From Octopus vulgaris (Eukaryota), in assembly GCA_951406725.2 (NCBI GenBank), contig OX597830.1, positions 3,596,001-3,660,000 on the forward strand: a stretch of 64,000 nucleotides of DNA, written 5' to 3'. The notes beneath the pieces were generated by a model that was not told the DNA's origin, did no database searches, and was given only the letters and a program-made list of their open reading frames with translations. This document shows positions 50,297 to 62,994 of the stretch, piece by piece. Every line of letters starts with the position of its first letter. Within the stretch, counting starts at the first letter, position 1. The position numbers and the translations under genes were made by a program.

Positions 50297-51105
50297 AGGT
50301 GCAGGCATGGCTGTATAGTAGGAAGGTTTCTTACTAACCATATGGTTTCACGTTCTGTCTCACTGTATAGCAACTTTGGCATGGGTCTTCTATTATAACC
50401 CGAGGCCAACCAAAGCCTTCTGAGTGGATTTGGTAGACAGAAGCTGAAAGAATCCTGTTATATATATGTATATACATACCTACGTGTGTGTGTATCCTTA
50501 TGTCTACATTTGTTCCCCATTGCCATTTGACAACAGCTGTTGGTTTGTTTACATCCTGTATCTCTGTGGTTCAGAAAAAGAGACCAATAGAATATATACC
50601 GTGCTTAAGAGAATATACATACAAGAGTTGATTCACTCAAGTCAAACCTTTCAAGGTGGAATCCAAGCAAGGCTACAGTCTAACGATTGAAACAACTAAA
50701 AGATAAAAAGTAATGCCAGTGGCATGAAAAAAGCACCATTCGAGTGTGATCCTTGTCAGTGTTGCTTTACTGGCACATGTGCTGGTGGTACATGAGAAAC
50801 AACATTTGTGTGTGGTCGTTGCCAGTGCTGCCGAACTGGCTCCCATGCAAGTGGCATCAAAAAACACCATTTGAGCATGGTCATTGCTAGAACCACCTAA
50901 CTAGCCCTCGTGCTGGTGGCATGCAAAAGCACCCACTACATCCTCAAAGTGGTTGGCGTTAGGAAGGGCATCCAGCTGTAGAAACTTTGCCAGATCAGAT
51001 TGGAGCCTGGTGCAGCCATCTGGTTCACCAGTTCTCAGTCAAACCGTCCAACCCATGCCAGCATGGGAAGCAAACATTAAACAACAACAATGATGATGAT
51101 GATGT
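50297..51105 (+). mobile_element. SINE family A (50297-50710) followed directly by an RTE 3' UTR fragment (50713-51105)
   Basis: Similarity to 58207-58690 and 25390-25783; (GAT)n tail. Confidence 0.88.
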
Positions 51106-51596
51106 TATTATCAATATAATCAAATGAAATATCTCCATTTCGTTGTTGCCTTTCTTGAACACATAATGCAAAATGTACCAATTATGCTCCTTCGTCACTT
51201 CCATTAATAGCTTTGAAATAATACCTGTTTAAATTGAACTGCACTCTTCAAAAGTGCACTAAGAACAAGTACAAGGTAATATTACTCCCTTCTTTTATAG
51301 CTAGTTGATGCAGATAGTTTATCCCATGCAACTGAAAAAAAACGGCATTATTTATGGGATGACCCAATACATGCTTATCATACTTTCCCCAATTAAATGC
51401 ACATATATATTCATTAAGGCTCATTACCTAATTTGATAACCATGCTTATCACACTTTGCACAATTAAATGCATATATCTAGTCCTGTTTGCATGTAGAGA
51501 TGCATAAATTTACATAATATACACTTATTTACACATATCATAGCAATATCTCAAGTGTAGCTACGCTGGCACCCAGCACACACTCATACACATACG

Positions 51597-51627
<31 letters not shown>

Positions 51628-52281
51628 ACACACAATTCTGAGATCTATTTTCTAAAAGGTCATTTAAGGGATGAAAGAGGTATGGGAGGAAAGTGAGTTG
51701 AAGTTACTTTTCCTCAATGAAACTTTTTTAACTGTAAAGAAATTAATCCTGCCACAGCATGTAACCGATGACATGATTGTTCAGCTTCTAACAGAGATAT
51801 ATGAATATAGTAGAAGACCTTGCAAGATAATGGCTTTCCCAGAACACTTTCCAATATCTGATAGCAAGCAGTGTCTGTCCCCTACGGCAATCAATTTTAC
51901 AGAAGAGAAATCAAGCTCCATATCAGCTTTTGGCTTGATTTAAATTCAGTGGCCTGTGAATTTTAATTCCCCAATTAAGACCTTAAATTATATAACAGGT
52001 AATTTACAAATCATTTTAGCAAACCAGGTAGCTGACTTAAGGTTAGATACATTGAAAAGTTCTTCTCAAAATGCAGCCATACAGTTGTAAACAATCTTTG
52101 AGTCGTTTCTCATCCTAAAATTATTCCTGATTTTGCTTTTCTGTTTGTATGAAATATACATAACACATTGCAAAACATATCCTTATTAATCGTTAGACTG
52201 CTGTGGTATTTCTTAGTTTCCAGTCTTATATTCCTGTACCAAAAATGTGGTTCAACTTCCTTGTTATTGGTATCTCAGGTA

Positions 52282-52534
52282 AAGTAAAGTTACCTTCTCA
52301 GTTTATGCTGACTCATAAGGACCAGTTCCCAGTTTCATGATGTATTTATTCTCCACCTGAATGAGACTCCGGTACATTGCAGAATTATTCATCTTTGCCA
52401 GCTGAGCAGACTGGAGCAATGTGAAATGAAGAGTTTTGCTCAAGAACATAATGCGTCACCTGGCCCAGGGATTGAAACAACAATCTAACATTCATGCATC
52501 CAACAGCCTAACCACAAAGCCATACACCTCCACA
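52282..52534 (-). mobile_element. SINE with family D head, a different tail and a 12-bp TSD
   Basis: GTATCTCAGGTA at 52270-52281 and 52535-52546. Head and middle are shared with 52881-53209. Confidence 0.85.
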
Positions 52535-52788
52535 GTATCTCAGGTATGATATGCAAAATAACTTTCAGCATTAGAAAACAATCTTTGCTTTGACAGTGTA
52601 AGCTTCAATTACAAATAAGGCTCAAATTTTTTATGTATCACTTGCTGAGTAAATGTAACTGACACATGATGATGAAGAGTAGTTTTCTCAAAGAAAATCC
52701 TGTCACATTTACTGCTCATTTTTACACGTTTGCATGTAGACGTATTCGAGGCAGGATTTAATGGCTGGATGCTCACAATGGTACCAAC

Positions 52789-52879
<91 letters not shown>

Positions 52880-52880
52880 T

Positions 52881-53209
52881 AAGGGAAGCAATCCATCGGT
52901 TACAATGATGCGAAAGTCCCAGCTGATACGATCAATGGAACAGCTTGCTCTTAAAATTAACATGCAATTGGCTAAGCACTCCACAGGTACGTGTACCCTT
53001 AACGTATTTCTCAGGGAGTTTAGTGTGATACAAAGTGTGATAAGGCCAGCCCTTTGAACTACAGGTGCCATTCATTTTGCTAGTTGAGTGGAGTGGAGCA
53101 ACGTGAAATAAAGTGTCTTGCTCAAGGATGCAACGCGTTGCCAGGAATTAAACTCACAACCTTACAATCATGAGCCAAATGCCCAAACCATTAAGCCACA
53201 TGTCTTCAC
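52881..53209 (-). mobile_element. tRNA-headed SINE family D
   Basis: Homologous to 26975-27314. Confidence 0.88.
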
Positions 53210-54258
53210 ATTATATATATATGTATATAACATGTATATAAGAGGGATGACCACTAGGTGGACATCCAATATGCTAGATGTAGACCCCATATGGTCTGAC
53301 CACTAAGTAAAGATTGTTCTCAAGAAAATTCAGCAAACGCCAGAACATAAGTGAGTGAGACAAATGAAACAATAGAAAATATATATTTTGCATCTTGATT
53401 TCAATGTGTACTGTAAAAGTGATAAAATTTTAAGTGGTTTGGTGATTTGGTGTCTATTTTCAGCATGGGCATTGTCTCTACTATGCCTTTAATTATAATT
53501 GTATTTTATACTATTATAAATCTCTCTCTCTTGCTATATATATATATACAGACACCTACACATATTTATGATAGGCTTTTATAAATTCATGGCTACCAAA
53601 TTCACACACAAAGCTTTGTTCAACCTGAGACTATAGTAGAATGCACTCATCCACTGTGCCTTGCATTGAAACTAAACCCAGGACCATGTAGTCAGGAAGC
53701 AGACTTCTTACCATACAGCCTTGCCTACACCTCTTTCTGCATGTTCTTTCTTTGAACATCCCAGAAGCTAAATCAAAGACTTGACTTTGTATCCATATAC
53801 TTACATATAATGATTGATTGCTTCTTTCTATGTAAGAAAACAAAAGCTCACTTCTCTTTTCCTATGAGAAGACATTATTATTAAAAACTAATTCCCAAAA
53901 TATTAATTGCAATACATAATAAATTACGAAATGTGTTCTATCAGTATATTCTTGTAAACGAAGGAAAGTGATAAGCATCATTATTGTCGGGAAAGATTTT
54001 ACTGTTTATCATCCATGGTTATCATCCTGTATCTTGACACTTGTGTTGTGAAGAAGTATTTTTGACGAATTTTCCATTCCATTATTGCCAAGAACAAATC
54101 AGATTTTACTTTGTGTATCTTTAGTTAAAAATACTACTAACCAAACTTAACACTGAAGGAACAGAAATATCAATGTGTCACCTTACTGGTTTGTTCTTTT
54201 TATATTTGTTACTATGTCAGTATGTACGAGCCTGGATATTATAACATTTGATGATAGG

Positions 54259-54295
<37 letters not shown>

Positions 54296-54919
54296 CATGT
54301 GCACATGCACATGTGCATATGTATTCGTTGATATTTGTTTATAATTAGATTGACATATTCATCCCAAAACTGAATTTGAACATTGACACATGCAGAAATA
54401 TCTCCCATACAATATCCTTACTCAACATTTTTGACATATACATATCGTTAAATTAATTTTAATTAGGTGATATTCCAGGCTTTTTTTTTTATATATATAT
54501 ATACATTTATCTTATTATGGCAGCAATAGCAGGCTGGAATATAAGTTTTCATCCTTTTTTTTTCTTCTTCTTTTTCTAATAGAATTTCTAATCTTTTATT
54601 GATCTTTTATTGATAGAAAAAATATTTCTGTTCCGTTTTCTAATTTTGTTTAACCAAAATAGTGTCATAACAACAGTTATGAAAAATGGAAAAAAAAAAA
54701 AAGCAAAAATTACATAAAATTAAAATAAACAAATAAAATAATAAAAGAATGAATGCTTGAAATTTTACATCGTTGCAATTTTATTGGTGCTACAAAATAT
54801 TTCTAATAACATGTCTGTTGAAGAGTAATGTTGTCTGGAAAAATATGGTATTTCTACAAGAATAGGGGTGATCAAATAAGCTGTAAATATTTCCAACTAA
54901 AGAAATTTATTCTGCTTTT

Positions 54920-54939
54920 ATATATATGCATGCATTTAT

Positions 54940-54984
<45 letters not shown>

Positions 54985-55160
54985 CATATATTCATATATT
55001 TATATTTATATATATATGTATATGCAAAGAATATATATATATATACACATACACACACACACATATATATATACACATGTGTATGTATATTTTTGTATAT
55101 ATGTGTTCGTGCATATATATAGATATCTATCTATATATATATATATATATATATACGCAC
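54920..55160. repeat. Compound (CA)n/(TA)n microsatellite (similar tract at 56000-56215)
   Basis: Read directly. Confidence 0.95.
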
Positions 55161-55342
55161 ACATTTTTTTATATATTTCCATTAAGGTATATTCCAATAG
55201 GCAGGGATTTGTCAAGTGTGAATATAAGCAATAAATAAATAAATAGCTGAAAAGAAGTTGTACATCTAAATGAATATATTTCATAGTCAGGATAGAAGCA
55301 AAATATGATGGCAGAATACATTTTGTTGGTCAGTCACTCTTA

Positions 55343-55389
<47 letters not shown>

Positions 55390-56055
55390 AAAAAAAAGTT
55401 ATCGAAATTGATTTTTCTTGTTTTCAAATATTACTTACTGTTATTGCCTTTAATATAATCAAAAACAAAAGTACATCAAATAAAACATAACAACATCGAC
55501 AACAACAGCAACAGCAACAACAAAATTGTGGTGTTTGTGTTGTAAGTTTTGCTTTTCGATAGCTCGTATCATATCTTAGGAAACTTCTTTATGAATATTT
55601 CATTTAAAAAAAAAAAAAAGTTGTATCCTTGAACGTTTGTGTTATTGTCTGGCCATTCGTATCTATCCATGTGTACTCCTTCTGATCTCTACTATGAGTA
55701 TAAAGAAAACATAATTAAATGAACAGCTATGATTCAACCATGACCATTATTCTGTCAGATCTCAAGGAATAGTCAAGGCTTCTTTTAGTTGTAATAGATG
55801 CTGTTCAGTCCAGATCAGAATTTCTAGTTCAAACATTGCCTTTAGATTGGATGAATTCTGTGAAAACTATTAGTTTCTTGAATGGAGATGTTGAAGAATT
55901 TATTAAAGTAAACCAATGTTCATATGATAGAACACAGTTTCGAAAGACCTTGGAATTAATTTCCAACCTGTGTGTGTGTTTGTGTGGGAAGAGCATGAGG
56001 CATATAAATGTGTATGTTTGTGCATGTGTGTCTGTGTATGTATATGCATATATTT

Positions 56056-56105
<50 letters not shown>

Positions 56106-57039
56106 ACACACCCACAAATATTTATATGTATATAGGTATGTACACATATGTATATACATACATATATATATATATATATATACACACAAATATACACCTC
56201 TATGTGTGTGTGTGTGGATAATGTGCTGGTGCTATGATTCTGAGGTTGACTGTATCAATCCCACTCACCAGTATATGGATGGAGAAATTTTTGCCACATT
56301 GTTGGTGGAGTTAGAACATAGTACTGGGTGGTGTGGCTTTGTGGAGATGCTCCTTCATTCTAAGGCGAAGTTATATTTTGGTTGAACTTGTATACAGAAT
56401 GAGCTAAATAGCTGGAAATACATCTATTACTTCCAGAGCCTTTAACTGGCACCATCAATGACCGCCATAAGAGCAAAAAGTGAAAAGAAAGAACGTCGTC
56501 TGATGAGGGATCTTTCATCTGAATGTGTTTATGTGATAAAATTTAACACCGAACAACAAGGCTTTCTTCTGGTCATGCACCACATGTAGGTCAGACTTTG
56601 TATCTATTGAGACACTCTATCTGACTTGCTATCTATCCATCTGTCTGGCTGTCTGCCTACAATCCTTCCCTTCTACCTGTTTACTCACTTATTTATCCAC
56701 CTAAATTCCCCATCAATTTGTCTATCTACCATTTTTTCTACCGGTCTTCCACAAACCTATCTATTTATCTAAATTTTCATCTCTGAACCTACCCTTCTGC
56801 TTATCTCGCCCATTTATCCACATGTAAATCCAGACACCATTTACATATTCTTAATCTCCCAAAACTTTCAAATCTTTGAAAACCTTTACAACTTTAGAAA
56901 CTGTTAAATCCCTTAAGACTTTTATATCCCTAAGTTTGTCACAGAAACTAAACTTCCTCTTTCCTCATTTCACCTTTTATTGTCTTGTTCTGCCCTTTTT
57001 TAAAAAATTCATTCCTTCTAACTGAATTAGCCTGTTGTC

Positions 57040-57089
<50 letters not shown>

Positions 57090-57093
57090 GCAT

Positions 57094-57499
57094 ACTCTCT
57101 TTACTCTTTTACTCTTTTACTTGTTTCAGTCATTTGACTGCGGTCATGCTGGAGCACCGCCTTTAGTCGATCAAATCGACCCCGGAACTTATTCTTTGTA
57201 AGCCCAGTACTTATTCTATCGGTCTCTTTTGCCAAACCGCTAAGTGGCGGGGACGTAGACACACCAGCATCGGTTGTCAAGCAATGCTAGGGGGACAAAC
57301 ACAGACACACAAACACACACACACATATATATACATATATACGACAGGCTTCTTTCAGTTTCCGTCTACCAAATCCACTCACAAGGCATTGGTTGGCCCG
57401 GGGCTATAGCAGAAGACACTTGCCCAAGATGCCACGCAGTGGGACTGAACCCGCAAACATGTGGTTGGTTAGCAAGCTACTTACCACACAGCCACTCCT
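57094..57499 (-). mobile_element. Young full-length SINE family A
   Basis: CpG-rich and a close match to 21787-22207. Confidence 0.93.
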
Positions 57500-58206
57500 A
57501 TATATATATATATGTATATGCATGTATATATTTCTGTTTTCTTATTAGACATATATGATATCATATCTTAATATTGTGTGGTCTGAGGGTACCATTGATA
57601 TACCATTGGCATGTGTAATCTTAGCTACTTAAGTTAAGGTTTCTAGTTTGGTCAGTGAATTTATAATGTCACTTTGGTTAGGGCAGATATACAGTTGACA
57701 ACAATTATGCCATTCAAATCTCACTGGTAAAGTTACATCTTTTTCTCTATCTTCTATTACACATCATCATCATAATGTCCACTTTTCCATGTTTGTATGG
57801 AATCCGTGGAGGCACATTTCCTATAACTTGATGTCCCTCCTGATGCTAGTCCTTACTTTTTCCCAAGTACAGAAATATTTCCCATGGCCAGACAAACTTT
57901 CACAGAAGATTAGGAATGAAGGACTCTGCTTGTTTGATGTTGATGATAATTTAGAATCATCATGCAAGATAAAAGGCTACAAAACACTAATACATTTACA
58001 AACACACAATGCATACAAATACGATGAGCTTCCTTTCAGTTTCCATTACCATAATTCCACTCACAGGGCTTTGGGTTACAATAGGAAGACGCTTGCCCAG
58101 CTCACCATGCAGAGGTACCGAACCTGAAGCAATGTGGTTAGGAACCAACAACACAGCTACACCTGAGCTTATTATATATATATATGTATATATATGTATG
58201 TATATA

Positions 58207-58358
58207 GGTGCAGGAGTGGCTGTGTGGTGAGAAGCTTGCTTACCAACCACATGGTTCCGGGTTCAGTCCTACTACATGGGCAAGTGTCTTCTACTATAGC
58301 CTCGGGCTGACCAAAGCCTTGTGAGTGGATTTGGTAGATGGAAACTGAAAGATGTAAG

Positions 58359-58421
<63 letters not shown>

Positions 58422-58690
58422 TATGTGTGTGTGTGTGTATATTTATATAGATATATATTTGTATGGATGTTTATGTGTCTGTGTTTGTTCTCTCCCTCCA
58501 CCCCGCATCACTTGACAACCGATGCTAGTGTGTTTACGTCCCTGTAACTTAGTGGTTCAGCAAAAGAGACCGCTAGAATAAGTACTAGGTTTACAAAGAA
58601 TAAGTCCTGGGATTGATTTGTTCGACTAAAGGCAGTGCTCCAGCATGGCCACAGTCAAATGACTGAAACAAGTAAAAGAATAAAAGAATA
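58207..58690 (+). mobile_element. Full-length SINE family A
   Basis: Head GGTGCAGGAGTGGCTGTGTGG, B-box-like GGTTCAGTCC, internal (TA)n, tail AAGTAAAAGAATAAAAGAA. Confidence 0.93.
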
Positions 58691-61679
58691 CTAGTACAAA
58701 CATGCTATCTTTAAGATAGCATGTTTTACATTGATTTAATATCATTGAATCATATATTCCTCTAATGTACATAAAGGAAGGAACAATGTGCAATGAAGGG
58801 TGGTGTGTGTAGAGTGTCTAAAGACATTTCTTTCACTCTTTAGGTGTGGTTTAAGGGAAGGTTTGGCTGATATTGAAAGGAATGCTATGTGTCGTATTAA
58901 AGTACAATGGAAATATTACTGAATATATTTTTTCGTGTAAGTTGTTACTCTAAGTATTATATATTATGCATGGGCTTTCGTAGATTATTGTATAATCCTC
59001 AGTTTCTTTCTGATATTTTAGCAAACGGTACGTTTGTTTCGTAGGAAAATTCTACAAATTATTCTCTGAAAGTCTGGTATCTCTATAATGGTTGTGGCGG
59101 ATCTGTTTGTTCTTTGTCTTTCTGGATAAATATTTATTCACTTTCTGAAAGTATTAATGAATGTAAGTGAAGTAAAACTAATTTTGAAAGAAACTACTAA
59201 AAGTGATATTGTGTAAAAAAAAAAGTTAATAAGCTTAAAAGAAATTTACGTACCTGGATGAATATTTGTTTTTGAAACTATTGTTGTATATTGTTATTGA
59301 TTATTGTGTTCTGGCTGAATCTTTTGTTTTTCGTTCGATGGTGGTGGTTATATTGAGAAAGTTATAGCATAAATATGTTTTCCTTATTATGAAATTCACC
59401 GATGCTCACTTGAAGTCATAATCATCATCATCATGTGACATCCATTTTCCATGCTGGCATGAGTAGGACAGTTTGACAGGAGCTAGAAAAACAGATGACT
59501 ATGCCAGGCCCAAGTGTCTGCTTTGGCAGAGTTTCTATGGCTGGATACCGCTTCACCAACGATTTTTACAGGGCACCAGTATTAGTTGTGTCTCCAAGTA
59601 AGTTTCACAGTGATGACCCCTTGAGTGGGAAGTGGTTAAAGTATAATAGAGGAACAGTGATAAGTGTCTTGTCATGGAGGAAATACATGGTAATCTAGTT
59701 AGGAAAGAGGCAAGAAAAGGCAAAAAACAGAAATGTGAGTAAGAAAATAACTGTGAGGTAGCAAAGAAAGAGCGACATTTACCTTATTGTGGTCCATCTG
59801 TGAAGAGTTTTTTTGGTTTGATATTGTAAGTCGTTTTGCTAAGATAGTTTTGCTTGTCTATGCGATGTTATTTTTAAATGTTTGTGATTTTCTATTCTGG
59901 ATTTTTAGAAGAATGTGCTGTCCAAATGACTGCAAACAACGAAGTTACCCAAATAATAAACATTGTCGGGGTTTGTTGTTCTCCATTATTCTTGATCTGA
60001 CATATTGTTCATATGTTTTGATGCTTTTCTGATTTTAGTGATGCTCTTGTGCAGTGTTGCACAAGATATCATTGTAGCATAGTGTAGTTACTGAATCATC
60101 CAATATTTATTTTATGTAGAATTTGGCTATTTTTCTGAGAGGACAATAAATGAAAGAAAGGAGGTATTGTAGAAGGAAACGGAAAAGTTGAAAAATTAAC
60201 TTCATCATTGCAGTTGTCTATTCTTCTATACGATGTTTGTAATATCATTTAGGAGAATTATATATAATTGCTGTCGCCTAATCTGTATTGATATGGTAAT
60301 TGTTTAGAGTTAAAAATAGAAAAGTCTTTCAATAAAGAGTTGTCTTAGAATGTATTGGTGATTTGATTTGTGTGGTATGATATTCTTACCTGTAACTTGC
60401 TGTTGATGTGCTATAATTTGGCTTTTGATTGTTGGACAGTACCTGAAAGAAAGCAAGGGAATGTGCAAATGTAGTTGGGAAAGTGGAAATTGGTTATATT
60501 AATAAAGGAAAGGAGATGAATGGGAAATATTTACTGTACAATACCAGTTGTCTTTGATGTTTGGATACCTTCCACTATAACTGTTTGACATCTTGAGGAT
60601 TTTTGAGATGTTGCATTCTGTAGAGAAGTTGAAGATATATAATTATTGAATGTAAATATAACATGTATGAAGTGATTTTCAGGGAAAAAAATTGAATTAT
60701 GGAAACATAAGAAGTGAAGAATATATACATGAATAAAGAAATCTATTCAAATGTCTTATAGTTTATTGTAGAGACCTCGTTTGTTGTTCTTGGCAGCAAT
60801 GTATTGAGATGTCAGTATTTTGTTGCACAGAAATATAGGAGAAATAAGGAACAGACAAAAAAAACAAAAAAAGTGTACCTTATGATGTAAATTGTTTTCT
60901 GTTGTTGCAACTGTGGAGGTTGATATTTGCTGCTGCCTCCCCTCCTTTACAATAACTTTCAAAGAAAGATAAGTTCAGGATTTAGAATGTATTGTCTACT
61001 TTGGTGGATTCACCATAACTATGAACGATGTTGGAAAAATGAAAAATACTTTACGTTATGAAGGCAATTGTTGAATGTTGATATGAATGTATGAACCACA
61101 AAATAGAGAATAAATACAGAAGTAAATAAGGATTAGCAAAGAATATTTACGTTCCAATGGAAATCCTCTACAATGTCCCATCAATGCTGATGTGTAGGAA
61201 AATAGTATTTACTGCTGCGTCTGAGGAAATCTCGTGATACACAAATTAATAATCCACACAAAATAACGCCATTACTCATTACAGACCATGTGATGAATGA
61301 GGATGGTATGTGTGGGGAGGCTGTCAAAGCAGAAACTTCCTCCAATTAGTAAATATGGGTAAATGTTTCCGATTTTCGATGTGGAAGTCATGAGATATCC
61401 AAAACTATAAAGTATGTGTGAATCTTTACTCTTTATCTTTTACTTGTCTCAGTCATTTGACTGTGGCCATACTGGGGTACTACCCTGAAGAATTTTGAAT
61501 TGAACGAATCAACCCCAGGACTTATTTACTTTGCCTTTCTTTTAAAGCCGATACTTATTCTGTTGGTGTTTTTACCAAACCACTAAGTCACAAGAAAGTA
61601 AACACACCAACACCGGTTGCCAAGTGGTGGTGGGTCAACACAAACACACACACTCATATATATATATATATATATATAT

Positions 61680-61989
61680 ATCACCGTCACCGTGACCTAC
61701 CAGGCTATCAGATGTTGCTACACATCGCTGGTCACAATGCACTTCGCATTGTTTCAGCCTTCAAATGATGCCACCCCGCTGGCTAAGTGGGCAGGCCAAC
61801 AGAAGAAAGAGTGAGAGAAAGTTGTGGCGAAAGAGTACAGCAGGGATCGCCACCACCCCCTGCCGGAGCCTTGTAGAGCTTTAGGTGTTTTCACTCAATA
61901 AACACTCACAACACCCGGTCTGGGAATCGAAACCACAATCCTATGACTGCGAGTCCATTGCCCTAACCACTGGACCATTGCGCCTTCAC
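61680..61989 (-). mobile_element. Full-length tRNA-headed SINE family C
   Basis: Minus strand GTGAAGGCGCAATGGTCCAGTGGTTAGGG (A box) and GGTTTCGATTCCC (B box), tail (GGTGAC)n. Confidence 0.9.
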
Positions 61990-62087
61990 ACACATATATA
62001 TATATATATATATATCATCATCGTTTAACGTCCGCTTTCCATGCTAGCATGATATATATACACACACACACACATATATATATATAA

Positions 62088-62609
62088 CAAATGAAAGACA
62101 GAAGATGGAATATACGAGAATTTATCATTTTCACGACAATTGTTTAACTGCATCTAGCATCGATTCCGGTGGTGCAGATGTATCTCGTCAGGTGATAAGT
62201 AAATAAAAACTCATTAAAATGACTGTTCCACAATGTAACTTACTGTTTTGTAAAAAGCAAAGACAGCCAGGCAGAGGAAAAATCTTCATAAATATAGAAG
62301 ATCAAAAATAAAATTACAGAAGACAAAAAGAGAAACGAATGCGTAATCCATCAAGCAAAATATTGAAAATAACTTAACCGATATGACTGTATAAATGCCC
62401 TGGGTGTGTTTCTCTCTACAAAGCAGTAAGTTACATTGTGGAACAGTCATTTTAATGAGTTTTTATTTATTTATCACCCGACGAGATACATCTGCATCAC
62501 CGGATGCTCCTGAAACAGTTGTTGAGTTTTCCACCCAAGAGAAATTGTTGAAACAATTGTTGTGATTAATAATATATTCTCGTATGTTCCATCTTCTGTC
62601 TTCCATTTG
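62088..62609. mobile_element. Inverted pair of PLE-like terminal repeats (62088-62252 / 62417-62609), each with a hammerhead-like motif
   Basis: The arms are reverse complements, e.g. AAATAAAAACTCATTAAAATGACTGTTCCACAATGTAACTTACTG. Motifs at 62131-62195 (minus) and 62474-62565 (plus). Confidence 0.8.
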
Positions 62610-62678
62610 CTATTTACACAACGATCACTCTGAAAGTGACCATGCTTTAACAGTAAGCTACCAGGTATAAACCATTCG

Positions 62679-62715
<37 letters not shown>

Positions 62716-62792
62716 CAAAATGTGACCATGTGTGTATCGTTGGCAATTTTTTTTCCTCCATCTTCCCTTCCTTGGATCTTTCCTTTTCCTAT

Positions 62793-62827
62793 GTTTCTGA
62801 CGAAGAGCTCTGCTCGAAACGTTAAAT
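62793..62827 (+). ncRNA. Minimal type I hammerhead ribozyme in a PLE-like segment (62713-62931)
   Basis: Stem I GUUU/AAAU; CUGACGA (62797-62803); A; stem II GAGC-UCU-GCUC; GAAA-CG-UU; predicted cleavage after 62823. Confidence 0.8.
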
Positions 62828-62950
62828 TCTCCTCCTTTCTTTCCTTTCTTGAGCGTCCAATAACACTATACTTGTTTCACGTCCTTGCGTTGTTGTGTTT
62901 TCTCTTTGTGTTTTCATGTTTGGATTAACTTTATATATATATATATTAAC

Positions 62951-62994
<44 letters not shown>

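Noticed and set aside
51671-51943. 90-aa ORF in unique sequence
   Set aside because: No motif, no splice support, and a length within chance range.
60390-60442. Strong-looking minus-strand exon (ctttctttcag ... CAG|gtaaga)
   Set aside because: The reading frame runs through the acceptor as LLSFRYCPTIKSQIIAH, resembling a Penelope linker motif, so decayed PLE is the simpler explanation. Exonisation is not excluded.
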